This document shows, in pieces, positions 30,018 through 40,766 of a DNA stretch of 64,000 nucleotides (position 1 is its first letter; each line of letters opens with the position of its first letter). Source of the DNA: Alphaproteobacteria bacterium (GTDB taxonomy: Bacteria; Pseudomonadota; Alphaproteobacteria; Bin95); contig OZ219786.1 of assembly GCA_964291285.2 (NCBI GenBank), positions 576,001 to 640,000 on the forward strand. Reading direction: 5' to 3'. The notes under the pieces are model-generated. The model had not been told where the DNA came from. It saw nothing but the letters and a program-made list of their open reading frames with translations, and searched no databases. A program made the translations under genes and the position numbers.

Positions 30018-31610
30018 TCAATCGCCCGTCAGGATCATCTCCGCGGCCTTCTCGCCGATCATGATGGAGGGGGCGTTGGTGTTGCCGGAGGTGAGGGTGG
30101 GCATGATCGAGGCGTCGGCAACGCGCAGGCCCTCCATGCCGTGGACGCGGAGCCGGTCGTCCACCACGGCCATCGGGTCGGAGCCCATCTTGCAGGTGCC
30201 GACCGGGTGGTAGGTGGTCTCGGCGTTCTCCATCACCCAGGCGATCAGCTCACCGTCGCTCTCCAGCTTCTCTCCGGGCGCGATTTCCTCGCCGACGATG
30301 CCTTCCAGCGCCGGCGCGCCCATCAGTTGGCGGGTCATGCGCATGCCGCCGAGCGTGATCTCCCGGTCGATCTCGGCGGAGAGGAAGTTGAAACGGATCT
30401 CCGGCGGGGCGGCCGGGTCGGCCGAGGCCGCATGGATGCTGCCCGTGCTCTCCGAGCGCAGCGGATGGGTGATGGCCGTTATCCCCGACTCCTTCGCCAG
30501 CTTGAAATTCGGCGTGGCGAGGAAGGGAATGAACGAGATCATGGCGTCCGGGCTCGCCAGCCCCGGCCGGGTGCGGATATAGGCGCGGACCGGCGAGGCC
30601 GGCAGGCTCAGCAGGCCCGATTGAGCGCCCGCGAATTTCAGCGCCTGCCAGACGAGCCCGAGGCCGCGGGCCTTGTCATTGTAGGTCAGGCCCTTCGCCG
30701 GGATGGGCCATTTCATGCGCGGCGCGTAATGGTCGCGCAGGTTCTCGCCGACGCCCGCGAGCTCGTGGACGACGGGAATGCCGAGCGCCTTCAGCCGCTC
30801 CGGCTGGCCGATGCCGGAGACTTCCAGCAATTGCGGCGAGGCGACGGCGCCCGCGCTTACCACGACCTCGGCGTCGGCATGGGCCTCATGCACCTCGCCG
30901 CCGCGCCGGTAGCGCACGCCGGTGCAGCGCCGGCCTTCGAAGAGCAGCGCCTCCGTCGGCGCATTGGCGCGGATGTCGAGGTTGGGCCGCGAGCGCACCG
31001 GGTCGAGGTAGCAATGCGCCGTGCTCATGCGCCGCCCGCCGGAGATTGACGCCTGCGTCATGCCGATGCCGTCCTGCGAGGCGCCGTTATAGTCGGCATT
31101 CCAGGCGAGGCCGATCTCCTGCCCCGCGCCGATGATCGCGTCGTAGAGCGGGCCGCTCTCGTCGAGGTCAGAGACCCTGAGCGGGCCGTCGCGGCCCCGG
31201 TATTCGTCCTCGCCGCCGGCATAGCTTTCCATCTTGCGGAACAGCGGCAGCACGTCGCGGTAGGACCAGCCGCGGTTGCCGAGTTGCGCCCAGCCGTCGA
31301 AATCCTCCGCCTGGCCGCGCACGAACACCATGCCGTTGATGGCCGACGAGCCGCCGAGCAGCCGCCCGCGCGGCACGGGGATGCGCCGCCCGCCGGTGCT
31401 CTCCTCGGGCTCGGAGGAATAGAGCCAGTTGGCGGCGGGGTTGTCGATCAGCCGCGCGAAGCCGACGGGGATGCGCGACCAGGGATGGCTCGGCCGGCCC
31501 GCCTCCAGCAGCAGCACGCGCTTCGCCGGGTCCGCCGAGAGCCGGTTCGCCAGCGCCGACCCCGCAGACCCCGCCCCCACGACGATATAGTCGAAACGCT
31601 CTTCCGCCAT
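30018..31610 (-). CDS. GMC family oxidoreductase (choline dehydrogenase-like)
   Basis: 'DYIVVGAGSAG', 'LGGSSAINGM', 'YHPVGTCKMG', 'GNTNAP'. Confidence 0.94.
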   Translation of the reverse strand: MAEERFDYIVVGAGSAGSALANRLSADPAKRVLLLEAGRPSHPWSRIPVGFARLIDNPAANWLYSSEPEESTGGRRIPVPRGRLLGGSSAINGMVFVRGQAEDFDGWAQLGNRGWSYRDVLPLFRKMESYAGGEDEYRGRDGPLRVSDLDESGPLYDAIIGAGQEIGLAWNADYNGASQDGIGMTQASISGGRRMSTAHCYLDPVRSRPNLDIRANAPTEALLFEGRRCTGVRYRRGGEVHEAHADAEVVVSAGAVASPQLLEVSGIGQPERLKALGIPVVHELAGVGENLRDHYAPRMKWPIPAKGLTYNDKARGLGLVWQALKFAGAQSGLLSLPASPVRAYIRTRPGLASPDAMISFIPFLATPNFKLAKESGITAITHPLRSESTGSIHAASADPAAPPEIRFNFLSAEIDREITLGGMRMTRQLMGAPALEGIVGEEIAPGEKLESDGELIAWVMENAETTYHPVGTCKMGSDPMAVVDDRLRVHGMEGLRVADASIMPTLTSGNTNAPSIMIGEKAAEMILTGD

Positions 31611-31690
31611 GCCGATTTCCTCCCCCGTTACCCGTCTGTCCTCCGATTGTTGCCCCGGAGGCGGCCCGGGGTCCAGCCCTGCCGCCCCGT

Positions 31691-32512
31691 CTAACCGCCG
31701 CGGTCGCGGTGCCGGGCGAGGAACGCGAGCAGGGCTGCGTTGAAGGCCTCGGGCCGTTCGATGTTGGTCAGATGGCCGGCGCCCTCGATCTCCACGAACT
31801 CCGAGCCGGCGATGCGTTCGTGCAGCGCCTTTCCGATGGCGGGCGGGGTGAGGCTGTCATGCTCGCCGTAGATGAGGAGCGTCGGGACCCGGATGCGGTC
31901 GATTTCGGCGGAGCGGTCGAAGGTGAGCGAGGCCTCGATGGTCTTCAGGTAGGACTCCTTGTGGAGCGCGGCGATGCTCTCCCACAGCTTCCGGCGCGCG
32001 GCTGCGTCGGCGCCGGGCGCGACCAGGCTCTCCACCAGAGCGTCCGCGATGTCGCGCGGCTCCTTGCCCGCCAGGAGCGGCTCCTGGCGCAGGCGGATGA
32101 ACTCGGCGCGCTTCTCCGGCGGCATGGACTCCTGGAAATCCGCCCGCGTATCGCAGAGCACCAGGGTGGCGACCCGGTCCGGGAAGCGGGCATGGAAGTC
32201 CTGCGCGATCCGTCCGCCCATGGAGAGCCCGACCAGATGCGCCCGCTCGGCCCCGAAACGGTCGAGCACCCGGAGCGCGTCCTTCGCGAAATCGCCGAAA
32301 TCGAGCGGGCCGTCATAGTCGTCGGAATCGCCATAGCCGCGCGCGTCCCAGGCGACGGCGTGGAAGCCGCCGCCGAGCGCCTCGAGCTGCCCGGTCCAGT
32401 TCTTCCGGTTGCCGCCGATGCCGTGCAGGAAGAACACGAGCGGGCCGGACCCCGCCCGGTCCACGGCAAGCCGCGGCGTCCCTTCGATTAAGACCGTCTC
32501 GATGTCCGTCAT
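31691..32512 (-). CDS. Alpha/beta fold hydrolase
   Basis: 'FLHGIGG', 'GLSMGG' nucleophile elbow, 'GEHD', 'GAGHL'. Confidence 0.92.
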   Translation of the reverse strand: MTDIETVLIEGTPRLAVDRAGSGPLVFFLHGIGGNRKNWTGQLEALGGGFHAVAWDARGYGDSDDYDGPLDFGDFAKDALRVLDRFGAERAHLVGLSMGGRIAQDFHARFPDRVATLVLCDTRADFQESMPPEKRAEFIRLRQEPLLAGKEPRDIADALVESLVAPGADAAARRKLWESIAALHKESYLKTIEASLTFDRSAEIDRIRVPTLLIYGEHDSLTPPAIGKALHERIAGSEFVEIEGAGHLTNIERPEAFNAALLAFLARHRDRGG

Positions 32513-32525
32513 TCGCGCCCGCCCG

Positions 32526-33953
32526 TCAGATGGAGAAGCCGCCGAGCTTGGTTTCCAGATATTCGGCGATGCCCTCATGGCCGCCCTCGCGGCCGAGGCC
32601 GCTTTCCTTCGAGCCGCCGAAGGGGGCGGCGGCGGCGGTCGGGTTGATGTCGTTGATGCCGACAATGCCGAACTTCAGGCCCTCGAACATGCGGAAGCCC
32701 TTGGCCATGTCGCGCGTATAGACATAGGAGGCGAGGCCGTAATGGGTGTCGTTGGCCATGGCGAGCGCCTCGTCCTCGTCCCGGAAGGCGATGATCGGCG
32801 CGACCGGCCCGAAGGTCTCCTCGCGGTAGATCTGCATGTCGGGCGCAACCCCGGAGAGCACGGTCGGCGCATAGAAGGTGCCCTTCGCGAGCGCGCCGTC
32901 GGTCATCCGGTGGCCGCCGCAGAGCACCTCCGCCCCGAGGCCGGCCGCGTCCGCCACCTGGCGCTCGACCTTCTCGACGGCCGCCTCATCGACGAGCGGG
33001 CCGATCTGCACGCCGTCCTCCAGCCCGTTGCCGGCGCGCATCCGCCCGACGCGCGAGACGAACTCCTCCGTGAAAGCATCGACGGCATTTTCGTGCACGA
33101 AGATGCGGTTGGGGCAGATGCAGGCCTGGCCCGTGTTCAGGAACTTGACCAGGGCCGCCCCCTTGGCGGCGTGGACGGGGTCGGTGTCCTCCAGCACCAG
33201 AAAGGGCGCATGGCCGCCCAGCTCAAGCGAGACGCGCTTCATCTGCGGGGCGGCGCGCGCGGCGATCATCTTGCCGACCTCGGTCGAGCCGGTGAAGGTG
33301 ATCTTCCGCACCCTCGGGTCGGTCAGGAACACATCGCCGACGGGGGCCGGGTCCTCGGCGGTCACGAGGTTGACCACGCCCGCCGGCACGCCCGCCGCCT
33401 CCAGACACTCGAACACCTTGACCGCGGAGAGCGGCGTCGCCTCGGCCGGCTTCAGCACGATGGTGCAGCCGGCGGCGATGGCCGGCGCCACCTTCCGCGT
33501 CACCATCGAGACCGGATAGTTCCAGGGCGTGACCGCCGCCACGACGCCGACCGGCTGGCGCATCACCATGAAGCGCTGGTCGCCGCGCGGGGCGGGGATG
33601 GTCTCGCCATAGACGCGCTTGGCCTCTTCGGCGTACCAGAGCAGGAAGTCCGCGCCGTAGCGCACCTCGTTGCGGGCCGCGCGCAGCGGCTTGCCCTGTT
33701 CGAGCGTCATGGTGCGGGCAAGGTCCTCCGCCCGCTCGGTCATGATCTCCCAGGCGCGGTAGAGGATGCGCGAGCGCTCATAGGCGGTCTGCCCCGCCCA
33801 GCCGGGAAAGGCGCGCTCGGCCGCCTCGATGGCGCGGGCCGCATCCGCGCCGCCGCCATCCGGCACCTCGCCGATGACATCGCCGTTTGCCGGGTTCGTT
33901 ACCCGGAAGCGTCCGCCGCCGGCCGCCTCGCACCAGACTCCGTCGATGAACAT
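32526..33953 (-). CDS. gabD: NAD(P)-dependent succinate-semialdehyde dehydrogenase family protein
   Basis: 'TPWNYP', 'FTGSTEVG', 'LELGG', 'GQACIC', 'EETFGP', 'PFGGSKESGLGREG'. Confidence 0.85.
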   Translation of the reverse strand: MFIDGVWCEAAGGGRFRVTNPANGDVIGEVPDGGGADAARAIEAAERAFPGWAGQTAYERSRILYRAWEIMTERAEDLARTMTLEQGKPLRAARNEVRYGADFLLWYAEEAKRVYGETIPAPRGDQRFMVMRQPVGVVAAVTPWNYPVSMVTRKVAPAIAAGCTIVLKPAEATPLSAVKVFECLEAAGVPAGVVNLVTAEDPAPVGDVFLTDPRVRKITFTGSTEVGKMIAARAAPQMKRVSLELGGHAPFLVLEDTDPVHAAKGAALVKFLNTGQACICPNRIFVHENAVDAFTEEFVSRVGRMRAGNGLEDGVQIGPLVDEAAVEKVERQVADAAGLGAEVLCGGHRMTDGALAKGTFYAPTVLSGVAPDMQIYREETFGPVAPIIAFRDEDEALAMANDTHYGLASYVYTRDMAKGFRMFEGLKFGIVGINDINPTAAAAPFGGSKESGLGREGGHEGIAEYLETKLGGFSI

Positions 33954-34097
33954 GGCTCCGCACCCCTCTCCGTTTCCTCGGCCGCCCGCCCCTTACCCCG
34001 CCAGCGCCGCGGGCTCAAGGTTTCCGGCGCCGCCGCTTGCGCCGGGCCGTTTCCCGCAACACCATGGAGGAAGAGGACCGAAAAGGGGATGCGGCCC

Positions 34098-34967
34098 ATG
34101 AAATTCGCACTGCGCTATTGCAACACCGGACGCTACACCGACCCGGCGGAGGCGGTGGCCCTGCTCCAAGCCGGCGAGGCGGCGGGGTTCGAGTCCGCCT
34201 GGACCATCGAGCACACCGTGGTGCCGAAGGGCTACCGGTCCTCCTATCCCTATGCGGCCGGTGGCCGGATGCCCGGCGACGAGGCGGAGTTCGTCATGCC
34301 GGACCCGCTGATCTGGATGTCCTGGGTCGCGGCGCGCACGGAGCGCATCCGCCTCGGGACCGCGATCCTGATCCTGCCGCAGCACAATCCGGTCGTCACT
34401 GCCAAGCAGGTGGCGACGCTGGATGCCATGTCGGGCGGGCGGATCGAGCTCGGCATCGGCGTGGGCTGGCTGCGCGAGGAGTTCGATGCGCTGGGCGTGC
34501 CGTTCGAGGACCGGGGCGCGCGCACGGACGACTATGTGCATGCCATGCGCGAACTCTGGCGCTCGCCGGCGCCGACTTACAGGGGCCGCTTCGTCTCCTT
34601 CGAGAACGCCTATATGCAACCGAAACCGCGAAACGGCACGGTCCCGATCACGGTCGGCGGCCATTCGAAGGCCGCGGCCCGGCGGGCCGGCCGGCTGGGC
34701 GACGGCTTCTTCCCGGCGCGCGGCGCGCCCGAGGACCTGTTCGACCTGGTGCGCGCGACGGCCCGCGAACACGGGCGCGACCCGGACGCGATCACGCTCA
34801 CCTGCTCGATCCCCGACGACCTGAACGAACTGCCGCGCCTGGCCGCCATGGGCGTCGGGCGCGTCACCGTGCCAGTGACGGGCGTCGCCGGCCTCGCCAT
34901 GCGCGTGGACGGGCCCGAAGACCTGATGGCGTGGAAGGAGACCATCGAGCGCTACGCCGACCTCTGA
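34098..34967 (+). CDS. LLM-class (putatively F420-dependent) oxidoreductase
   Basis: 'GFESAWTIEH', 'TERIRLGTAILILPQHNP', 'LDAMSGGRIELGIGVGW'. Confidence 0.88.
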   Translation: MKFALRYCNTGRYTDPAEAVALLQAGEAAGFESAWTIEHTVVPKGYRSSYPYAAGGRMPGDEAEFVMPDPLIWMSWVAARTERIRLGTAILILPQHNPVVTAKQVATLDAMSGGRIELGIGVGWLREEFDALGVPFEDRGARTDDYVHAMRELWRSPAPTYRGRFVSFENAYMQPKPRNGTVPITVGGHSKAAARRAGRLGDGFFPARGAPEDLFDLVRATAREHGRDPDAITLTCSIPDDLNELPRLAAMGVGRVTVPVTGVAGLAMRVDGPEDLMAWKETIERYADL

Positions 34968-34985
34968 GCGGGGCGACGGCGCGGG

Positions 34986-35720
34986 TCAGGCCCGGACGGC
35001 GGCGATCAGATATTCGACATTACCTTCCGGGCCGCGCAGCGGGCTTTCCTCCAGGCCCAGCACGAACCAGCCTTCGAGGCTTTCCAGCCAGACGCGTACC
35101 GCCTCGCAGACCTCCCGGCGCACGCCCGGGTCGCGCACGACGCCGCCCTTGCCGACGCGCGCCCGTCCGGCCTCGAATTGCGGCTTGATGAGCGCCACCA
35201 GATGGGCACCCGGCCGGGTGAGCGCAAGCGGCGCGGGCAATACGGTCCTGAGCGGGATGAAGGAGGCGTCGCAGACGACGAGATCGACGGGGTCCGGGAC
35301 TTCGGCCGCCGTCAGGTGGCGCGCATTGGTGCGCTCCAGCACGCATACGCGGGGATCGTTGCGCAGCTTCCAGGCCAGCTGCCCGCGCCCGACATCGACG
35401 GCCCACACGCGGGCCGCGCCGTTCGCCAGCAGCACATCCGTGAAGCCGCCCGTGGAGGCACCGACATCCAGGCATGTCCGACCCCGGACGGAAATGCTGA
35501 ACGCCTCGAGGCCGTGCGCGAGCTTCAGCCCGCCGCGCGAGACCCAGGGATGCGCCCGCCCGCGCACCTCCAGCGGCGTGTCCGCGCCGATGGCATGGCC
35601 GGCCTTGTCGAGCCGTTGCGTGCCGGAATAGACCTTGCCCGCGAGGATGAGCGCCTGCGCCTGCGTCCGGTTTTCTGAGAGGCCGCGCGCGACCAGGACC
35701 CGGTCGAGGCGGTCCTTCAC
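34986..35720 (-). CDS. tlyA: TlyA family rRNA methyltransferase
   Basis: S4 domain, 'VSRGGLKL', '[12 protein letters not shown]', 'LIKPQFE', 'GNVEY'. Confidence 0.94.
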   Translation of the reverse strand: MKDRLDRVLVARGLSENRTQAQALILAGKVYSGTQRLDKAGHAIGADTPLEVRGRAHPWVSRGGLKLAHGLEAFSISVRGRTCLDVGASTGGFTDVLLANGAARVWAVDVGRGQLAWKLRNDPRVCVLERTNARHLTAAEVPDPVDLVVCDASFIPLRTVLPAPLALTRPGAHLVALIKPQFEAGRARVGKGGVVRDPGVRREVCEAVRVWLESLEGWFVLGLEESPLRGPEGNVEYLIAAVRA

Positions 35721-37636
35721 CCCACTGCCGCGACCGGCTTAGGGCCGAAGGCGGCGAACACCGTCCGGAAAATGGCGTCCGTGTCCAGCCCCGCCTGGGC
35801 CACCTGCGCTTCCGGCTTGTCATGGTCGATGAAGATGTCCGGCATGACCAGGGAGCGGATCTTCAGACCGCCGTCCAGAAGGCCCCGGGCCGCCAGGAAC
35901 TGGAGCACGAAGGCCCCGAAGCCGCCGACCGAGCCTTCCTCCACCGTGATCAGGAGCTCGTGGTTCTCCGCCAGCTGGCGCACCAGGTCCTCGTCCAGCG
36001 GCTTGGCGAAGCGCGCATCGGCAACCGTGGTCGAAATCCCCTCCGTCTCCAGCCGTTCCGCCGCCGCCAGCGCATCGTGGAGCCGCGCGCCGTAGGAGAG
36101 GATGGCCGCCCTCGACCCTTCGCGCATGATCCGGCCCCTGCCGATTTCCAACGCCTCGCCGCGTTCAGGCAGGGGCACCCCGACGCCCTCGCCGCGCGCA
36201 TAGCGCAGCGCCGAGGGTCCGCCGTCGATGCCCACGGCCGTCGCGACCATGTGCACGAGGTCGGCTTCATCGGCGGCCGCCATCAGCACGAAATTGGGCA
36301 GGCAGCCCAGATAGGCGATGTCGAAGGCGCCGCAATGGGTCGCGCCGTCTGCGCCGACATAGCCGGCCCGGTCGATGGCGAAGCGCACCGGCAGCGACTG
36401 GATCGCGACATCGTGGACGACCTGGTCGTAGCCGCGCTGGAGGAAGGTGGAATAGATCGCCGCGAACGGCTTCATGCCCTCGCAGGCCAGCCCGGCGGCG
36501 AAGGTCACTGCATGCTGCTCGGCGATGCCCACATCGAAGGCGCGGTCCGGGAAGCGCGCGCCGAACGCATCCACGCCCGTGCCCGACGGCATGGCCGCGG
36601 TAATGGCGCAGACCGTCGGGTCGCGTTCGGCCTCGGCGATCAGGCTCTTCGCGAAAATCGAGGTGTAGGAAGGCGCGGCGGGTTTCGATTTCGCCTGGAC
36701 GCCGGTATCGAGGTCGAACTTGGAAACGCCGTGATACTTGTCGCCGGAGACCTCCGCCGGCTCGTAGCCCTTGCCCTTCTGCGTGACCGCATGGATCAGC
36801 ACCGGCCCCCGACCGTCCGTGTCGCGGACATTGCGCAGGATGGGCAGCAGATGGTCGAGATTGTGGCCGTCTATCGGGCCCACATAGTAGAAGCCCATCT
36901 CCTCGAACAGCGTACCGCCGGTGACGAGGCCGCGCGCATATTCCTCCGCCCGGAGCGCGGCGATCTCGAACGGCTTCGGGAAGCGGCGCGCCACTTCCTT
37001 CGCAACCTGCCTCAGAGAGCGGTAGGAACGCGAGGAGATCAGCCGCGCGAGATAGTTGCTCATCGCCCCGACATTGGGCGCGATCGACATGTCGTTGTCG
37101 TTCAGAACGACGACGAGCGGCAGTTCCATCGCGCCGGCATTGTTCATCGCCTCATAGGCCATGCCGGCCGTCATGGCGCCGTCTCCGATCACGGCGATGC
37201 ACCGCTTGCTCTGGCCGCGAAGCTGGGCCCCCGCCGCCATGCCGAGCGCCGCCGAGATCGAGGTCGAGCTGTGCGCGGCGCCGAAGGGGTCGTAAGGGCT
37301 CTCGACGCGGCGGGTGAAGCCCGAGAGGCCGCCGCCCTGGCGCAGCGTGCGCATGCCGGACCGGCGCCCGGTGAGAATCTTGTGCGGATAGGCCTGGTGG
37401 CTGACATCCCAGATCAGGCGGTCGTGAGGGGTTTCGAACACCGCATGCAGCGCCACGGTGAGCTCGATCACGCCCAGGCTGGCCCCCAGGTGGCCGCCGG
37501 TCTGCGAGACCGTATCGACCGTCTCGAAGCGCAGCTCGGCGGCGAGTTGCTTCAACTCGTTGTCGGACAGTTCACGGAGGTCCGCAGGAGAGTCGATGCG
37601 GTCCAGTAGGGGCGTCGTTCGGTTCGACAGGTACAT
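35717..37636 (-). CDS. dxs: 1-deoxy-D-xylulose-5-phosphate synthase
   Basis: 'GGHLGASLG', '[12 protein letters not shown]', 'GDGAMTAG', '[10 protein letters not shown]', 'DRAG'. Confidence 0.97.
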   Translation of the reverse strand: MYLSNRTTPLLDRIDSPADLRELSDNELKQLAAELRFETVDTVSQTGGHLGASLGVIELTVALHAVFETPHDRLIWDVSHQAYPHKILTGRRSGMRTLRQGGGLSGFTRRVESPYDPFGAAHSSTSISAALGMAAGAQLRGQSKRCIAVIGDGAMTAGMAYEAMNNAGAMELPLVVVLNDNDMSIAPNVGAMSNYLARLISSRSYRSLRQVAKEVARRFPKPFEIAALRAEEYARGLVTGGTLFEEMGFYYVGPIDGHNLDHLLPILRNVRDTDGRGPVLIHAVTQKGKGYEPAEVSGDKYHGVSKFDLDTGVQAKSKPAAPSYTSIFAKSLIAEAERDPTVCAITAAMPSGTGVDAFGARFPDRAFDVGIAEQHAVTFAAGLACEGMKPFAAIYSTFLQRGYDQVVHDVAIQSLPVRFAIDRAGYVGADGATHCGAFDIAYLGCLPNFVLMAAADEADLVHMVATAVGIDGGPSALRYARGEGVGVPLPERGEALEIGRGRIMREGSRAAILSYGARLHDALAAAERLETEGISTTVADARFAKPLDEDLVRQLAENHELLITVEEGSVGGFGAFVLQFLAARGLLDGGLKIRSLVMPDIFIDHDKPEAQVAQAGLDTDAIFRTVFAAFGPKPVAAVG

Positions 37637-37646
37637 CGGACACCTC

Positions 37647-38534
37647 TCAACTACTGCGTTGGACGGCAAACCGGGCAGCGTCCCGCAAGGGATCGGCGCG
37701 GGTTCCGAAACAATCGAGATGCGCGGCCGCCTGCTCGCTCAGCATGGCCGCCCGCGCCCGCGCCGACTCGATGCCCAGAAGCGAAACGACCGTTGCCTTG
37801 CCTTGCGCCGCATCCTTGCGCAGCCGCTTCCCGGCTTCCTCTTCCGAGCCGTCGGCGTCGATCAGGTCGTCAGCGATCTGGAAGGCGAAACCGAGGTCCT
37901 GGGCATAGGCGGTGAGAGCACGCTCCGCATCGGCCGCCGCCCCGCCCAGCAAGGCGCCCGCGCGGCAGCAGAAGGCGATCAGCGCGCCGGTCTTCATGCG
38001 CTCCAGACGGGCGATTTCGCCATATTCGAACTCGGTGCGCTCGGCGAGCATGTCGAGCATCTGGCCGCCGCACATGCCCTCGGCGCCGGCGGCGCGCGCC
38101 AGCCCGCCAACCAGTCTCAGGCGAACGGTCGGACTCGGATGCGTTTCGGCATCGGCCAGCACTTCGAAGGCCAGTGTCAGCAGGGCGTCGCCCGCCAGAA
38201 TGGCGGTCGCTTCGTCCCAGGCGGCGTGGACCGTCGGCCGGCCGCGCCGGACGTCGTCATCGTCCATCGCCGGCAGGTCGTCATGGACCAGCGAATAGCA
38301 ATGCACCAGTTCGACGGCGGCGCCGCAGCGCAGCGCAAAGCGTTCCTCCACGCCGAACAGGTCCGCAGAGGCGACGACCAGAAACGGCCTGAGCCGCTTG
38401 CCGGGGCCGAGCGCGGCATAGCGCATGGCGTCGAACAGCCGCCTCTCCGCGCGCCCCGTCTCGGGCAGCAGGCCGGCCAGAATCCGGTCAACCTTGGCGC
38501 GGACCCGTCCGAGACGGTCGGGAAAGCCCGTCAC
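37647..38534 (-). CDS. ispA: Farnesyl diphosphate synthase
   Basis: 'GKRLRP', '[18 protein letters not shown]', 'FQIADD'. Confidence 0.94.
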   Translation of the reverse strand: MTGFPDRLGRVRAKVDRILAGLLPETGRAERRLFDAMRYAALGPGKRLRPFLVVASADLFGVEERFALRCGAAVELVHCYSLVHDDLPAMDDDDVRRGRPTVHAAWDEATAILAGDALLTLAFEVLADAETHPSPTVRLRLVGGLARAAGAEGMCGGQMLDMLAERTEFEYGEIARLERMKTGALIAFCCRAGALLGGAAADAERALTAYAQDLGFAFQIADDLIDADGSEEEAGKRLRKDAAQGKATVVSLLGIESARARAAMLSEQAAAHLDCFGTRADPLRDAARFAVQRSS

Positions 38535-38785
38535 CCGCCGGCTTCCGGGTCGAGCGGCTCAGCTGCGGGAACGCCATTGCGGTCGAGCGCGATCTTTTCG
38601 ACCTTCTCCTGCGCCAGACGCAGCTTGTCCTCGCAGTGACGCTTGAGTGCGGCGCCGCGCTCATAGGCGGCGATAGCGTCTTCCAGCGGCGTGCGGCCCT
38701 GCTCCAGCCGCTGGACGATCTGCTCGAGTTCCGCCATGGCGTCCTCGAAGCTCATCGCCGAAATTTCGGTCGTTTCGGCCGTCAA
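38531..38785 (-). CDS. xseB: Exodeoxyribonuclease VII small subunit
   Basis: 'SFEDAMAELEQIVQRLEQG..PLEDAIAAYERG'; TTG start after GGAGG. Confidence 0.93.
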   Translation of the reverse strand: MTAETTEISAMSFEDAMAELEQIVQRLEQGRTPLEDAIAAYERGAALKRHCEDKLRLAQEKVEKIALDRNGVPAAEPLDPEAGG

Positions 38786-38957
38786 AAGCCAACCTCCGCG
38801 CCAAGCCAGCAAGCGGATTCATCATACTACGCCTGCGGTGCATGTTCAAACCGGAGGGACTGAAATCCACCCCGTAAGCGCCGGACAGGGCCGCGGATAA
38901 TAACCGGGCGCCCAACAAATCAGCTTCCCGCAACCGGGCGATTTTCCGCAGTATCGG

Positions 38958-39947
38958 TCAGGTTGCGGTTTCGCCCGTGGCGAGCACGATCTTGCCGGCG
39001 ACCTTGCGTGAGAGAAGGCGGCGGAGCGCGTCGGCCGCCCGTTCGAGAGGCCAGGTCTCGGCGATGCGCGGCTTGAGCGCGCCCGCCTCGTAAAGCTTGA
39101 AGAGGTCCGCGAAGCTCCGTTGCAGCCGTTCCGGCTCGCGTTCCCGGTGGGAGCTCCAATAGACGCCGATGGCGGCGGCATTCTTGACCAGCAGCAGATT
39201 GGCCGGCGCCTGCGGAATGCGCCCGGCCGCGAAGCCGACCACCAGAAGCCTGCCGCCCCAGGCGATCGAGCGCATGGAAGCGTCGAAGACGTCGCCCCCC
39301 ACGGGATCGTAGATCACGTCCGCGCCGCGTCCCTCCGTGATGTCCCTGACGCGCGCCCGGATATCCTCGCTCCTGTAATCGATGCCGTGGTCCGCGCCGT
39401 GTCCGAGGGCGACGGCCAGCTTCTCTGGCCCGCCGGCGGTGGCGATGACGGTCGCGCCCATCGCCTTGCCGATCTCGACCGCGGTTAGCCCGACGCCGCC
39501 GGCCGCGCCGTGCACGAGCAGCGTTTCGCCGGCCTTCAGGTTGCCCCGATGGTCGAGGCCGATATGGCTCGTGCCGTAAGTCACGGGGAAGCCCGCGGCC
39601 GTGACGAAATCCATGCTCTCCGGCAGGCGGTAAACGTGCACGGCCGGAACGCAGACCTGTTCGCGGTACGCGCCGTAATCCATCACCGCCATCACGCGCT
39701 CGCCGATCTCGAAGCCTTTGACGTCCGGCCCGAGCGCATCGATATGGCCGGCGCATTCGAAACCCGGACTGAAGGGGAAGGCCGGGCGCGTCTGATACTG
39801 GCCGGCAGCCACCAGCGAGTCGGCGAAATTCACGCCGACGGCCGCCGCCCGCACCCGCACCTCGCCGGGGCCCGGCGCCTCCGGTTCGATGTCCTCGACG
39901 GTGAAGGCGTCGATCCCGTCGAAGGACCGGCAGAGGACCGCGCGCAT
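38958..39947 (-). CDS. NADPH:quinone oxidoreductase family (MDR) protein
   Basis: 'GVNFAD', 'PFSPGFE', 'LVHGAAGGVG', 'DPVGG'. Confidence 0.92.
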   Translation of the reverse strand: MRAVLCRSFDGIDAFTVEDIEPEAPGPGEVRVRAAAVGVNFADSLVAAGQYQTRPAFPFSPGFECAGHIDALGPDVKGFEIGERVMAVMDYGAYREQVCVPAVHVYRLPESMDFVTAAGFPVTYGTSHIGLDHRGNLKAGETLLVHGAAGGVGLTAVEIGKAMGATVIATAGGPEKLAVALGHGADHGIDYRSEDIRARVRDITEGRGADVIYDPVGGDVFDASMRSIAWGGRLLVVGFAAGRIPQAPANLLLVKNAAAIGVYWSSHREREPERLQRSFADLFKLYEAGALKPRIAETWPLERAADALRRLLSRKVAGKIVLATGETAT

Positions 39948-40645
39948 CAGCGCAGCACCCGGCCCAGCATCGCCTCGGAGCGCCCGTTTGCAAGCTCCTT
40001 CATAGCAGTCACTTCGGTCACCGCGCCTTCACGCGCGAAGGCGTGGTCCGTGTCGGGATAGGTGTAGATTTCGGCAGCCGCGTGGCCGGCCAACGCCGCC
40101 GCCGTCGCATCGCGCACCGGGGCCGGGGTCCAGGGGTCCGCCTCGCCGATATGCAGCATCACGGGTCGCGTTATCTGCGCCGCTTCGTCCAGATAGTCCT
40201 CAATGCCGACGCCGTAATAAGAGATGTCGCAATCTGCCTCGCCGCGCGCGGCATGCAGGAAGGCGAGCAGCCCGCCCAGGCAATAGCCCTGGGTCGCGAC
40301 CTTGCCGCTGCATTCGGGCATGTCCCGGAGCCGCGCGACGGCCGCCGCCGTGTCCGAGACCGCGAGATCGACATTGAAATCCGAGCGCGTCGCCAGTGCC
40401 CGGTCCCGGTGGCCGGGGGTCTCCGGGTCGAGCTCGAATTCCGGGTCGATGCGCCAGTAGAGCTTCGGGCAGACAGCCAGGAAGCCCTTGCCGGCCCAGT
40501 AGTCGGCAATCGCGCGCATGAAGCGGTTGACGCCGAACACCTCGTTCAGCAGCAGCAGGCCGGGCGCGGGCCCGCCGGCGTCGGGATAGGCGGCATAAGC
40601 GCCGAAGGTCTCGCCGGCGCGCGTGGTGATCGTAAGCTCGGACAT
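39947..40645 (-). CDS. Dienelactone hydrolase family protein
   Basis: 'EVFGVN', 'GYCLGG', 'GEADP', 'HAFAR'. Confidence 0.9.
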   Translation of the reverse strand: MSELTITTRAGETFGAYAAYPDAGGPAPGLLLLNEVFGVNRFMRAIADYWAGKGFLAVCPKLYWRIDPEFELDPETPGHRDRALATRSDFNVDLAVSDTAAAVARLRDMPECSGKVATQGYCLGGLLAFLHAARGEADCDISYYGVGIEDYLDEAAQITRPVMLHIGEADPWTPAPVRDATAAALAGHAAAEIYTYPDTDHAFAREGAVTEVTAMKELANGRSEAMLGRVLR

Positions 40646-40766
40646 GGGATCAAGCGTCTCGTTTCGGGGAGTGGCGCGCATTGTAGCAGGCGGTTCCGGC
40701 AAGGCGGACATGCCGTGCGTTTTGCGTGACAATGGGCGGGCTGGAGAAACAGGGGGAGCCGAACGC

